A stretch of DNA of 64,000 nucleotides, from the NCBI GenBank assembly GCA_051294905.1, contig CM119382.1:12276001-12340000 (forward strand), in the 5' to 3' direction. Each line of letters starts with the position of its first letter. Position 1 is the stretch's first letter. The DNA is from Botryllus schlosseri. Its lineage: Eukaryota. A model generated the notes under the pieces. The model saw only the letters and a program-made list of their open reading frames with translations. It had not been told where the DNA came from and ran no database searches. Below, piece by piece: positions 1 through 11,308 of the stretch. A program made the translations under genes and the position numbers.

Positions 1-1192
1 TCAGTGGCGACATGCAAAATAAGGTCAGTCGCATGCAAAATAAGGTCAGTCACATGCAAAATAAGGTCAGTCACATGCAAAATAAGGTCAGTCACATGCA
101 AAATAAGGTCAGTCACATGCAAAATAAGGTCAGTGGCGACATGCAAAATAAGGTCAGTCACATGCAAAATAAGGTCAGTCGCTAGCAAAATAAGGTCAGT
201 CACATGCAAAATAAGGTCAGTCACATGCAAAATAAGGTCTGTGGCGACATGCAAAATAAGGTCAGTCACATGCAAAATAAGGTCAGTCGCATGCAAAATA
301 AGGTCAGCAGTCACATGCAAAATAAGGTCAGTCACATGCAAAATAAGGTCAGTGGCGACATGCAAAATAAGGTCAGTCACATGCAAAATAAGGTCAGTGG
401 CGACATGCAAAATAAGGTCAGTCGCATGCAAAATAAGGTCAGTCACATGCAAAATAAGGTCAGTCACATGCAAAATAAGGTCAGTCACATTCAAAATAAA
501 GTCAGTGGCGACATGCAAAATAAGGTCAGTCACATGCAAAATAAGGTCAGTCGCATGCAAAATAAGGTCAGTCGCTAGCAAAATAATCTATAAGGTCAGT
601 GGCGCAAAGAAAAAAGTTGGATTTGAAGTAAATATTTGGATTTATACACGGACTGTTAATATTCTAGATGCGACCAATCACCTCGTAATGGTAATAATCG
701 TCTCATTGTATTTTGTTGAAACATCTTCAGCTTTAGGATATAGATAAGGAATCTCGAACATGAAATTACTATATAGGAAAGATATTTTAAATTTATTGTT
801 GATAAGAGAAAGAGTTGGATTTGTAATTGAAATATGGATTTGGATTTATGCGCGGACTGATAATAATATTCTTCATGCGACTGACTTTCATAATCAAGAT
901 AATCATGATTATCTTTTGATTGAAACATCTTAAGACTTAGGATATAGATAAGGAATTTTACTGTTGAAAGTAGGCTACTATATACAGGAAAGATATTTCG
1001 AATTTCGTTTTCATAAGAAAAAGAGTTGGATTTGGAATTGAAGTATAGATTTGGATTTATGCGCGGACTGACCTTATTTTGCATGTCGCGACTGACCTTA
1101 TTTTGCATGTGACTGACCTTATTTTGCATGTCGCGACTGACCTTATTTTGCATGTTTTTGACCTTATTTTGCATGTCATCGCACCAACCCTG
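1..1192. mobile_element. Right part of a non-autonomous TIR element (hAT-like end, foldback-like architecture); left end lies before the window
   Basis: 21/24-bp tandem array (GTCAGTCACATGCAAAATAAG and variants) at 1-~600, an inverted copy of the same array at ~1066-1178, three degenerate ~200-bp GGATTT-rich internal repeats at ~606-1070, and a terminus ...GCACCAACCCTG at 1192 (reverse complement CAGGGTTGG, hAT-type). Confidence 0.7.
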
Positions 1193-1360
1193 TAGCTATA
1201 ACCCGCAGGCCGCGAATTTGAAATTTTCATTAGAAATAAAAACTTAAATTGATGATGATGGCCAAAAACGCACGCACGCGACCGGCCTCAATGCGCATCG
1301 CACTAACCAACTCTCGTGTGAGTCGTGTCTGCGCTCTTTTCGTGGAGGCTCTGTTGCTCG

Positions 1361-2800
1361 CAGTGTTGCCAACTGCCGAACTGCGGACGGACCAAAAGCA
1401 GTGTTGCCAACTCCGGATGGAAGAAAATCGCTAAAACTGGTGTCAAAAATCGCTAGATGGCGCTAAATATTGAGAAAAAAGCGCTAAAAAATAGCGCTAA
1501 ATCTGCAAAAGGTGCTAAAGGTGTTAAATTGAACCATTATATCGATATATTCTCCTCAGCTATATTTTACTCGTCTGGGGCCAAAGTCACTTATCATATT
1601 TCTAGTTCATAATACGTAATAGTCATATCTAAGCGGGACAAAACGGCAGTGCATTTCGATAAAACAGATCGCTTTGCGCAACGATCGCTATACGTGAACA
1701 CTGACCAGGTTTGCACTTTGCAGGCATAACCGCTCACTATATCAGCGTGCCTTACTCGATGCGTCCGTGAATACGTGATGCGATGTACCGTGGTTATGCG
1801 CTTGACTTCTTCTCTAAACTGTGATGGAGTTGGCCTACTTGAACACGACATGCGACTTGACACACGTGTACAGTGTACACGACACGCGACTTGACCCGAC
1901 ACAACACGACATTGAAACGGGTTTGTTTGCCACTATAAGTAGAGACCTTAAGAAAATAATCCGAAGACCAGCCCGGTGTACGAAATGTAATTAATCTGGT
2001 CTTAAACGAATGCCCAGACATTGGAACGACCTCAAAACAGCCCCCAAAGTCTGGAAATCGGCATTGAGAAGAACAATCGCTGGACGAAATTGGTCATTGT
2101 TATGTTCATTGTGTTGAGGCAGTGCCATTGGAGCAATAATGCCGGTTTTCAGACTTTGAGGGCTGTTTCGGGGTGCATGGTCCCATTGTCCGGACGAGAT
2201 TTTATTTTGTATTTTCGAAATCACTGCGACACTATCTTTTGATCATGGCCATTGGCCAATTATATTAAATTTCAGCGTTCAGGTCGCCAGATGTAGCACT
2301 GCCAACTATGCTACTTTTAGATTACTCAGCAAGAAGAGACACTGTTTGCCCATGCGTAACCGCCAGGAGTTGCGTATATCCTACTATCTATCGGTAGGTA
2401 GTAATCTATAATTATATATCATCGGAGTCCGTACTCTGGTGACCGGTATAGCCAATGCAGTCGTCAGCCAGAACTGATCTTTAGTGGTTATTTTCGGTAA
2501 AAAAAGCGCTAAATAATCGCTAAATACTTTTTCAAAAATCGCTAGATTTATCGCTAGGCGCTAGATCCATATTTTTTGGCGCTAAACCGGATGAAAAATC
2601 GCTAGATCTAGCGCGAAAATCGCTAAATTGGCAACACTGACCAAAAGTGCTGAAACTGGTGTTGAAATTCGCTAGATGTCGCTAAATCGTAAAAACAAAA
2701 TCGCTAAAAAGTCGCTAAATATGCTTTGATTCCTAACATTGTTAAATTTGACCAGAATATCGTCACGTTCTTGTCGTCTCTATTTCAATCAATTGTCTCA
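1361..2800. mobile_element. Older hAT-like element (CAGTGTTGCCAA end, TCGCTA subterminal repeats), interrupted 38 bp from its end; right end not resolved
   Basis: CAGTGTTGCCAAC at 1361. After removing the 1399-2639 insert the sequence continues with CGCTAAA repeats similar to the left arm of the insert. Confidence 0.6.
1399..2639. mobile_element. Non-autonomous hAT element, 1241 bp
   Basis: 12-bp TIR CAGTGTTGCCAA / TTGGCAACACTG, perfect 8-bp TSD ACCAAAAG (1391-1398, 2640-2647), many TCGCTA(A/G) subterminal motifs at both ends. Confidence 0.9.
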
Positions 2801-2857
2801 AATGCCAGTTATCATGTGGGTCCATATACTTTGTGAATGTCGGCAATGTCGGCAATG

Positions 2858-3092
2858 TCGATCTCGCTTCCCATGACATGCCGCCCTATTTCTTGTCGCT
2901 TCCTTTTTCTATACTATCTTCTTTACTTTCATTCAGTGTGCATGCCTCCTCTTTACATCGCCTAGGCCAAGGTGGGTGTCCGATTCCACAGACAACTGCT
3001 AGTCGCTTCGACATCTTCCTTTCTTTTCATTGTATCGCATTTTTGTGGTGTATTGAACTGATAAAATTGCTAATAAACCAATGATGATGATG
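2858..3092 (+). mobile_element. CR1/L2-type LINE 3' UTR fragment with (TGA)n tail
   Basis: Homologous to the 3' UTR following the LINE ORF2 remnant at 18660-19305; near-identical to the 59020-59181 copy. Confidence 0.75.
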
Positions 3093-4164
3093 TCGAAATG
3101 TTTATTACCAGATAAGTCAATTACGAAGTATTTTAAGTTAGTTGATGTCAGATAACGGGTATACAATACATTGCTGACATTGCGTAGAATTATCGACATT
3201 GCGCCGGCATTATCGACATTGCGGCACCATCATCGACATTGCTATCTGTCAAGTATAGTATCAGTTATAATTATTTGAATATAAGTAGGCCTATATTGCA
3301 CGGTATAAGTTCGTAGTATTTGTACCTACATTGTGGCGACATTGCGCCGACATTGCTGACATTGCGCAGAATTATCGACATAGCGCCGGCATTGTCGACT
3401 TTGCGGCACCGCACCATCATCGACATTGCTATCTGTCAAGTAGGCTATAATATCAGTTACAATTATTTGAATATAAGTATATTGCACGGCATAAGTTCGT
3501 ATATTGTACCTACATTAGGGTTGCCATACGTCCGGAATTTCACTTAAAAATCTGCGTCCGGCAGGAATTTCTAAAATATGCCTAAATGTCCGGAATTTTG
3601 AAGGCTTGAAGCAGGCTCAAAAGTTTTTTTGTAAATCAACATAAACAATATTATTTTCAGACGGATTTATGCTATTCAAAATTCAAAAGTTTTGAGCTTT
3701 GCCACGGAACATTTTCAATTTGCCATCGAAATGAGGTCGCGACCATAAAAGGTTGGAAATAACCGAATGTGCAACCTGCTGGTGAATTTTATAGTAGCCT
3801 AATATATGGAAGAATCAATAGCATTGACAGAATTCATACATAAAATTTAACAGCCAAATGCATGTAGTCAGTGCCAAACAAGTTACATCGACTACCTTAT
3901 GGTGAGCACAAGATCAGTGCTTTTTTAAGCGGAAGGGGGCAGATGTTGTTTCGGACCTGATTAAAATACGTAGCCAGATAGCCGCACCGACCTAACAAAC
4001 ACAATCCTGACAGGCCAGACACGGACCGCCAGACGATTTCATCCGACCCGTGGAGGAATCTATTGCGGACCATAGCAGGTAGCAATCACCAGAGCAGGTG
4101 AACTCACATTACAGATGGCTCAATTCATGACCTATGTTCCACTCCATTCATGTATAGTGTATGC

Positions 4165-5901
4165 CAGGGGTGTCAGACGCCCGCCAGCCGCATCCCACCC
4201 GCCAGACGGTTTCATCCAGCCCGCGACGCGATTCTGGAAAATGGCACATTTTCAGCACATTTCTAATAAATGGCGATTTCGCAAATCACGATATAATAAT
4301 AATGAACAAAATTTCAACGTCTGCGTTTACGGTTAAATCACTTGTATTCCTCACAATGACTATACAGGACCATATTGTCAGATTATAACTAAATCGAAGA
4401 AATCATAGCAATTTGCCAACATACATCGTCGGTATAACGCCGCTGTTTTAGCAATTTATTATTCAACAGGCCAATCATCGTAATTCTGCCAATTCCATTG
4501 TTTGCTTATAAAGGTATTGATAGAATAGAACCATATGGTCCGTAATATATTTTTATGTGCATAGGCTAGGGTTGCCATACGTCCGGAATTTCCCGGACAT
4601 GTCCGGAATTTCACTGAAAAATCTGCGTCCGGGAGGAATTTCTAAAATATGCCTAAATGTCCGGAATTTTAAAGGCTTCAAGCAGGCTCATTTTTTTTTC
4701 GTAAATCAAGATAAACAGTATTATTTTCAAGCAGATTTACGCTATTCAAAATTTTTCCTCGCGCTGAGCGCGAGTTAATGCAACGTATGTTGATATTAGT
4801 ATGGGCACCTGGCACTACTCTCGCCGAAAATGCAATCAAAATAAATATAAATAACTATCACTTACTGAAATAAATCTGATTGTAACCGCAATTATAAGAT
4901 ATAACGGTAGGCTATATTCCTAGAGTTGGTTAAGGTCGATTGGATGCTTATCGGTCACAGACAGAGGCTCCAAATCTTGCGGTCGTTTGCCATTATCTGG
5001 GGATCGCAATGATGTTGGACGTAATCGGCTTCCTAGGCCGTTAGATAAGTTTGGGCAAGCTGAATTTTTTTAGTAATCCGCTTATCAAGTCTTGAGCTTT
5101 GCCACGGAACATTTTCAAATGGGAAATGAGGTCGCGACCATAAAAGGCTGGAAATCACCGGATGTGCAACTTGTTGGTGCATTTTACAATGGCCTAATAT
5201 ATGGAAGAATCAATATTATTGAGAGAATTCATACATAAAATTTAACAGCCAAATGCATATAGTAAGTGCCCAACAAGTAACATTGACTTTGCAAAAGACC
5301 AATAGGTGATAAGCGCCAAATTTTCCTTTTAATAAACAACAACAACAACAACCCTGTGGTGGCCCCAAGATCAGTACTTTTTTGGACGGAAGGGGGAAGG
5401 GGAGAAAAAATGTTCTTTCGGACCTGATTAAAACACTTAAACAGATAACCGCACCAACCGCAGGGCTCTCAAACACAATCCTGACAGGCCAGACACGACC
5501 CGCCAGATGATATCATCCGGCCCGTAGAGGAATCTATTGTAGACCCTAGCAAGTAGCAATCACCAGAACCCACACTACAAATGGCCCAATTCATGACCTA
5601 TGTTCCACTCCATTCCTGTTTAGTGTATACAGTCGATGGGCAATGATTTGCTATTGTGAAGTCATGACGGTCAATGCGGTACACCTCATTTAAAAATCCG
5701 CTAGTGGGCGCTAAAGAGTGTCCGGAATTTGCTTCACAAAAATATGGTAACCCTAGCATAGGCTTGATATTTGAGTATTCAAGTGAAAAACAAGGGCATA
5801 GATTTTGAGGTAACATTTTGGAACCATTTGACTCGTCCGGCCCGCGGGTGCTCTGACTGTTTCAGTCCGGCCCGCGACGCAAGTTGAGTTTGACACCGCT
5901 G
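4165..5901. mobile_element. Buster/Charlie-like hAT MITE inside family X outer copy
   Basis: Ends CAGGGGTGTCA / TGACACCGCTG; TSD GTGTATGC / GTGTATAC (4157-4164, 5902-5909). The paralogous family X inner copy shows the empty site (GTGTATAC once). Confidence 0.85.
4567..5755. mobile_element. hAT element family X, inner copy, 1189 bp
   Basis: Same TIRs as 3516-6037; perfect TSD GCATAGGC (4559-4566, 5756-5763). Confidence 0.9.
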
Positions 5902-6039
5902 GTGTATACAGTCGGTGGGAAATGCTTTGCTAGTGGCACGTCCTATTGACGGACAATGTGTTACACCTCATTTTAAAATCCGCTAGTGGGCGCTAAAGAG
6001 TGTCCGGAATTTGCTTCACAAAAATATGGTAACCCTAAC

Positions 6040-6304
6040 CAGAGGTGGTCAAAGTAGTCACTGTCGCTGCTCAAGTAGGTGTAGAAGTAACGTCGGAATT
6101 TCTACTCAAGTAGAAGTAGGAGTGGTGGTTCACAAGTAAGTAAGTAAGTAGGTACTATACGCTTATTTTGCCTACAAAACTAAAAACTGTCAAGTAGAAG
6201 TAGAAGTAGTCTAAAATCATAACTACTTGAAAAGTAGTGTGAGTAGGAAAAATCTACTTCAAGTACTTCAAAAAGTAGAAGTACTTCGTTACCGACCACC
6301 TCTG
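6040..6304. mobile_element. Tol2/Ac-like hAT MITE with AAGTA repeats, 265 bp
   Basis: TIR CAGAGGTGGTC / GACCACCTCTG, perfect TSD ACCCTAAC (6032-6039, 6305-6312), dense AAGTA/TACTT pentamers as in Tol2 subterminal regions. Confidence 0.9.
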
Positions 6305-7494
6305 ACCCTAACCTACATTGCAGACATTGCCGACATTGCCGACATTGCGCCGACATTGCCGACATTCACAATCATGCATGATTAATATGCATGTTTATGC
6401 ATGACATTTGTCCACATAAGTAGCATGTTAACACTCAATGAAGCTTGCTGAAATTAAAGTATCGTAAAAAGTATGTTGTGTGGGGGATATTCCGATCATG
6501 TCAGAGCGTTGACATGAATCCGATATAAAATTCTGTAATGTGTTGAGGGCGATCTGAACCACGCTCCATCCCCCGACGGATATCGATAGAAATTGGCACG
6601 AATAGTGGTATGGTAGGCCTAGTGATACGTCTCATGCAGGAATCAAAAGTTCGATGGCGTGGGTGTAAATAGTTCACATATCGGACCTTGTATGGCACAT
6701 TGCATTGGGCGAGCATGATTGTGATGAGGGTCAATTGGTCAGGATCTTGACGAGTTTGGCGAGCATGACGCCGTAGATTTTTATGGCTGGAAAAGTTATG
6801 ACCAGCTTCGCTCCCTTGTCCAGGAAAGTCAGTATCGACGCGCTCTTATCCACGCACACTACCTGAATGCGGAACGGCTATGTGTGCTGACGCTCTGGCG
6901 TACATAGGATATTGTGAACGTTTATGATGTTTGCTGCACAAAACTGATTTATATCATATATTTTTGTAAAAAATCCCTAAAAAATACTGCTACGATGGGT
7001 GGAACCAATCCACTGGCGCATCGGAGGTCGCCGAATTGGGGTGATATGCAGGCCGTGTTATTTTTGGCATTTCGGGAACCAAATGCAAAAACTGTCAAAA
7101 ACAAAAATCTTAAAATGCCAAAAATAAGGCTTTCTGAAAATATAGATTTTTATGAAGGTTTTAGAAAGAAATGTCAATAAGCATTGAAATGAGTGTGCAT
7201 GAAGGCACAAAACAAGTGTGCAACGCTGAATTCCTAACTTGATGTCCGGAATGCTGCGGTCTATTGTCGAAGGGATCTAAGTAATGCGAACGAAAATCTT
7301 AGGGTCGAGGCCAAAAAGTCGAGTACTGAAATTTGGACTGTGGATTGATCAACCCCGGTAATGAATGATATCCAGTAATTAGGAATGTAGCTCAATGACT
7401 AATGAAAATGACAATGTCATTTTCCTGTTGTCCCCGTTCGTGCATTTTTAACCTCATGTAGCCGACACGCGCGACCCATGCTCATCTTCATTTT

Positions 7495-7612
7495 AATTGT
7501 TTTTTTTTAATCAAATCTATACACCACAACATTGCGATATATTAAAAGATAGGAGGGTGCCGAAACGACTTGGAGTAGTCTCTTAATCAGACACTCACCT
7601 TGTCATTTAGGT
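7495..7612 (-). mobile_element. LINE 3' tail fragment (diverged subfamily)
   Basis: Reverse complement contains GTGTCTGATT...GACTACTCCAAGTCGTTTCGGCACC, shared with the other LINE tails. Confidence 0.6.
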
Positions 7613-8463
7613 CCATGCGCAATGCGCATATAGAATTCAATTTACTTTCAACTTGTTATTGAAAATGTCAGCATATGATACAATTGCTGATAGACTGAGA
7701 CACGTTGGATAATACGGATATAGTTTCGTCAATGAACAATTGAACAATGAACATACACACTTTCACAGTGCAAAATTCATGAGCCGCCAAATAGTAACCT
7801 CCATCAATACGTACCATACGCACTGTACTGTATAGGCTTGCAAAGATTCCGTCCTTAATTGTTTTATTTGTTTGCCCGTTGGAGATTTCTCCATATTATA
7901 TTGAATATTAAAGTCACTCGTGATTTCTAACCATTGGTTTGCGAGTGAAGGGCTGAGATTCAAATGTGTCAGCAGCGATTTTGAATTAATATCATAAGTG
8001 GTATTGTGATATGTGCGAATTCAGGTAATTATGCATGTGTATTGAATCGACTATTCGGATAGGATATGTTTCAGTAGCATACGAAGTCGGATGTGTGTCT
8101 TGACATTCATCGGCAAACCCCTTAGAGACTGACTCAGCGAACCCCTGGGTTCGTTTGAACACCCCGCCAAGAAACAATGCACTATGTACTATACCACACG
8201 TTATATAGTAGCCTATTTATGCTGGTGACCCAAGGCTTGGTGACTTATTTTGCAGTTGGACTAGTTCAGGGGTCAGCAGCCTTTCGTACGCAGCGTGGCA
8301 AAATACGTCAATATTACCAATTGGCGTGCCAAACATAATTAGTTTTGTCATAATTATCGTTTCAAGTGAGGAATCCCATCGCTTATCTGAAGCTGACGAC
8401 GGAGTCGGTTACGCCAGTGGTTTCAAAGTGTGGGTCGCAAAGGGTGTAAATTTTGGTCGCTAC

Positions 8464-9059
8464 CAGGATTGTAACCAAGTCACAAGGCTCCGAGTCACAA
8501 GTCAATCTGACTTTTGTAGTTTCGACTCGAGTCACGTCGAGTCATTTTCAATTCACCACCGAGTCAAGTCCTAGTCCAAGTCAGCAAGCAGAGGGTCGAG
8601 TCCGAGTCATGGTATTATGACTCGAGTCGAGTCCAAGTCTTTGTGTTGACTGCTCAGTTTCCAGTTAAAGTCTTGTTAAACCCACATTTTATAACTGTGT
8701 TTGGTGATACCGAAGAATTCGCATTTATAATATACTAATTTTCCTCGCTTTCAGCAATTTCTCGTCGCATTTTCAAGTACCAGTACCAATAGACGAAATC
8801 TCAATAGTGAGGTTATTTCACTTTTCTTCGAAATTACAATGAAATGTCGGTCTTGGCCGTCTGAGTCTCGAGTCATATGACTTGGTTCAAGTCATACGGA
8901 ATGACTCGAGTCGAAGTCGAGTCGATACACAGATTTACTCGAGTCGAGTCGAGTCATTTCAGTATTTTGAGAAAATTACTCGAGTCAAGTCGAGTCATCA
9001 CAAAATCGTGACTCGAGTCGGACTCGAGTCGGGTCATGACTCGAGTCATTACAACCCTG
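8464..9059 (+). mobile_element. GACTCGAGTC-rich hAT MITE, copy 1 (596 bp)
   Basis: Ends CAGGATTGTAA / TTACAACCCTG; perfect TSD GTCGCTAC (8456-8463, 9060-9067). Confidence 0.9.
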
Positions 9060-9443
9060 GTCGCTACAGCATCAGAGCTATCGTTTAATGAACGTAATAT
9101 TTGCTCAATTATTTTGCAAAAATCAAATGCCGGTTCCTAGCAGTTCCGCTCCCACATGTGGCACACCTTAGAACAGTGGTTCCCAACCTTTTACCGCCCG
9201 CGAACCATTTCGAAGTTTTATGCAGTGCTCACGTACCACCTACATCCACCATTTATGACGTCATAATCAGGTATTTGACCTAAGCTAGGTCTATTAAACT
9301 AGGCATCACCAGTCAGGGTTGATGGGATGCATGGAATTGTTTTTTCACCACTAGTCACAAGAAGAACAACATATTGAAATAACAACAAACAAAAGTCTAT
9401 TTATTTAATGCGATGGCTGCATTGCTTATTTTGCACTAGCCGG

Positions 9444-9907
9444 TCGATGCGTGGCATCATAGTGTCATATATGGTGTGGATGTGGACACTAGCAAATCTC
9501 ACGGCTCAGTGAAATTGATCTACGTCACACTTTCCCTTTGGTCAAAGGCAAAGTGTTGAATTGTGACGCAACAATTCTGTTAGCTATACTCTCGGTTGGC
9601 CAGACAGAATTGTTGCGTCACAATGTCAAAACTCGATCACAATCAAAAATTCGAAGCAGATTTTGGGGGGTTCCAGGACCATGAGCAGAATAAAATTTAT
9701 AATTTCGGAATCAGTACAGTAGCAGCTTTCCATTGATACCCGTTTTATCGAATTTAGCGCTCGGCAAGCCGGTGAAAAATGACCGTAAAGTTGCCTTTGA
9801 CTAAATGGAAAGTGTGACGTAGACCAATTGCATTGAACCGTGAGATTTGCTCGTGTCCACATCATATAGGACACTATGGTGGCATACGTTTGCTCACACC
9901 GCATCGA
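9444..9907. repeat. Long imperfect inverted repeat (MITE-like) with an internal perfect hairpin
   Basis: Arms ~9444-9551 and ~9791-9907; inner 19-bp perfect inverted repeat at 9561-9579 / 9605-9623. Confidence 0.65.
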
Positions 9908-10624
9908 AAGTCATGCATGGGTGCAACAAGTCGGTTTCGTTTCTTCGACGTAGGCTATCTTACAACGTACGCATCGTACCACGACGACGACGGCTTCAAA
10001 ATGACAAATCAAAAACAATGACAATCCATTTTTATATTCCGTGTTGCGTCGATGTCTGTTTGCGAATGTATAAATCAGTGGAAAAGACCCATGGCGTCAG
10101 CGATAAACTCATAATAGACTGGCCTCAGTTAGACCGGGTTCAATTTCCGAATGCTAGTTTTTTCGAAATGGGAATACCGGTCGTAGCCTGCTACGGTCAT
10201 GCGAATTGACGAGCTTAGGATATCAGTACAAGGCGTTGGTATCAGCTAATTGGCGATGGAACCCGAATCTCACCAGATTACAGTCGTTTGTCAAAATGCA
10301 GACCTCGATGTGGGCCACGAGAACTGTATTCTCATTGCTCATGCTCACCCATAAAGAATGTAAGTTGGGGTTAAGCTAGATCGGTATATTTACGTTGAGA
10401 TGTTAATTCTGGAACACATACTGTTTTTAATCAGGTCCACGATTTCTGATATCGATATAGCACGTAGGCTTTTATTGCATGCCTGCATGTCTGCGTACCC
10501 CTACACTCCATGACCTCGCCCGGATGATATCATATCTGCGAAACTTGCGGTATTCTGAATATTTAGAACTCTAAACACTGGACTAGGTTTAGCATTCCAT
10601 GCGCCGTTAAACATCATAGCCATA

Positions 10625-11131
10625 TAGGGCTGGGCAAAATCGTGTACCTGAGTGATTCGATTCTGAATCACGTATTACACTTCGAGTCGAGTATTCGAGT
10701 ATGACTCATTATGATATATTAACAAAATGTACTACTACTATTCAGATATGTACTTTCTATGCCACCACAAAAACATAATGCCTGTTATTGGTCACATTAA
10801 AGACACTTTGGTATTTTTTCGACCATACCGATTTCATTGCACTTCTTGACAACGTTATGGGATGATCATGACTTCGGAAATGTGTTATTTCCAGTAAAGT
10901 TCGTAACTTTGTACTATGTCACGTATTCTGCGACACGGCCAATCAAGCTTTCAAGGCTTCCTCAGTGGAAAATAGCATCAAAACTATAATTCTCGTTAGT
11001 AAATTAACTTTCAGTTGCGAGGAGCGTATAATTTCAGTACTCGAAAAAATCGTCTTTTACTCCTCGACTCGAATCATTAAAATTAATACTCGATTCAGAT
11101 TAGAGTACTCGAATCATTGTGCCCTGCCCTA
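10625..11131. mobile_element. hAT-like MITE with GATTC/GAATC/ACTCG repeats
   Basis: Ends TAGGGCTGGGCA / TGCCCTGCCCTA; no clear TSD. Confidence 0.55.
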
Positions 11132-11308
11132 ATCACAACAAAAGGACATAATTATATAGCGTGAGAATAATATGCGGTATAATGATAAAATATCTAAAAG
11201 AGTATATGATTGCGAATTAGACATTACAAGCATGCAGAATTGCAGATATATCTATACACGTGTGTATGTGTAACAGCGTTACTGGAAATATTTCAACGTC
11301 GATAGCGT

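Larger units (their letters stand above)
3516..6037. mobile_element. hAT element family X, outer copy
   Basis: Ends TAGGGTTGCCATA / TATGGTAACCCTA; TSD ACCTACAT at 3508-3515 and, after removing the 6040-6304 insert, at 6311-6318. Confidence 0.85.
2831..6371. mobile_element. Host TIR element with GTCGGCAAT/ATTGCCGAC repeats, enlarged by nested insertions
   Basis: Inverted ends TTGTGAATGTCGGCAATGTCGGC (2831) and GCCGACATTGCCGACATTCACAA (6371); ~180-bp internal tandem duplication (~3172-3335 / ~3351-3515). No TSD identified. Confidence 0.55.

Noticed and set aside
1-600. Possible CRISPR-like repeat array
   Set aside because: No unique spacers; it is a head-to-tail minisatellite in eukaryotic DNA with no cas genes.
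4-1174. ORFs 4..747, 204..578 and 656..1174 with repeated peptides
   Set aside because: They are translations of a minisatellite present in both orientations at a transposon end; open frames follow from the 21/24-bp unit length.
8326-9088. ORFs rich in TRVES/DSS (also 11821-12704, 51181-51718, 54772-54963)
   Set aside because: They are translations of the GACTCGAGTC MITE.
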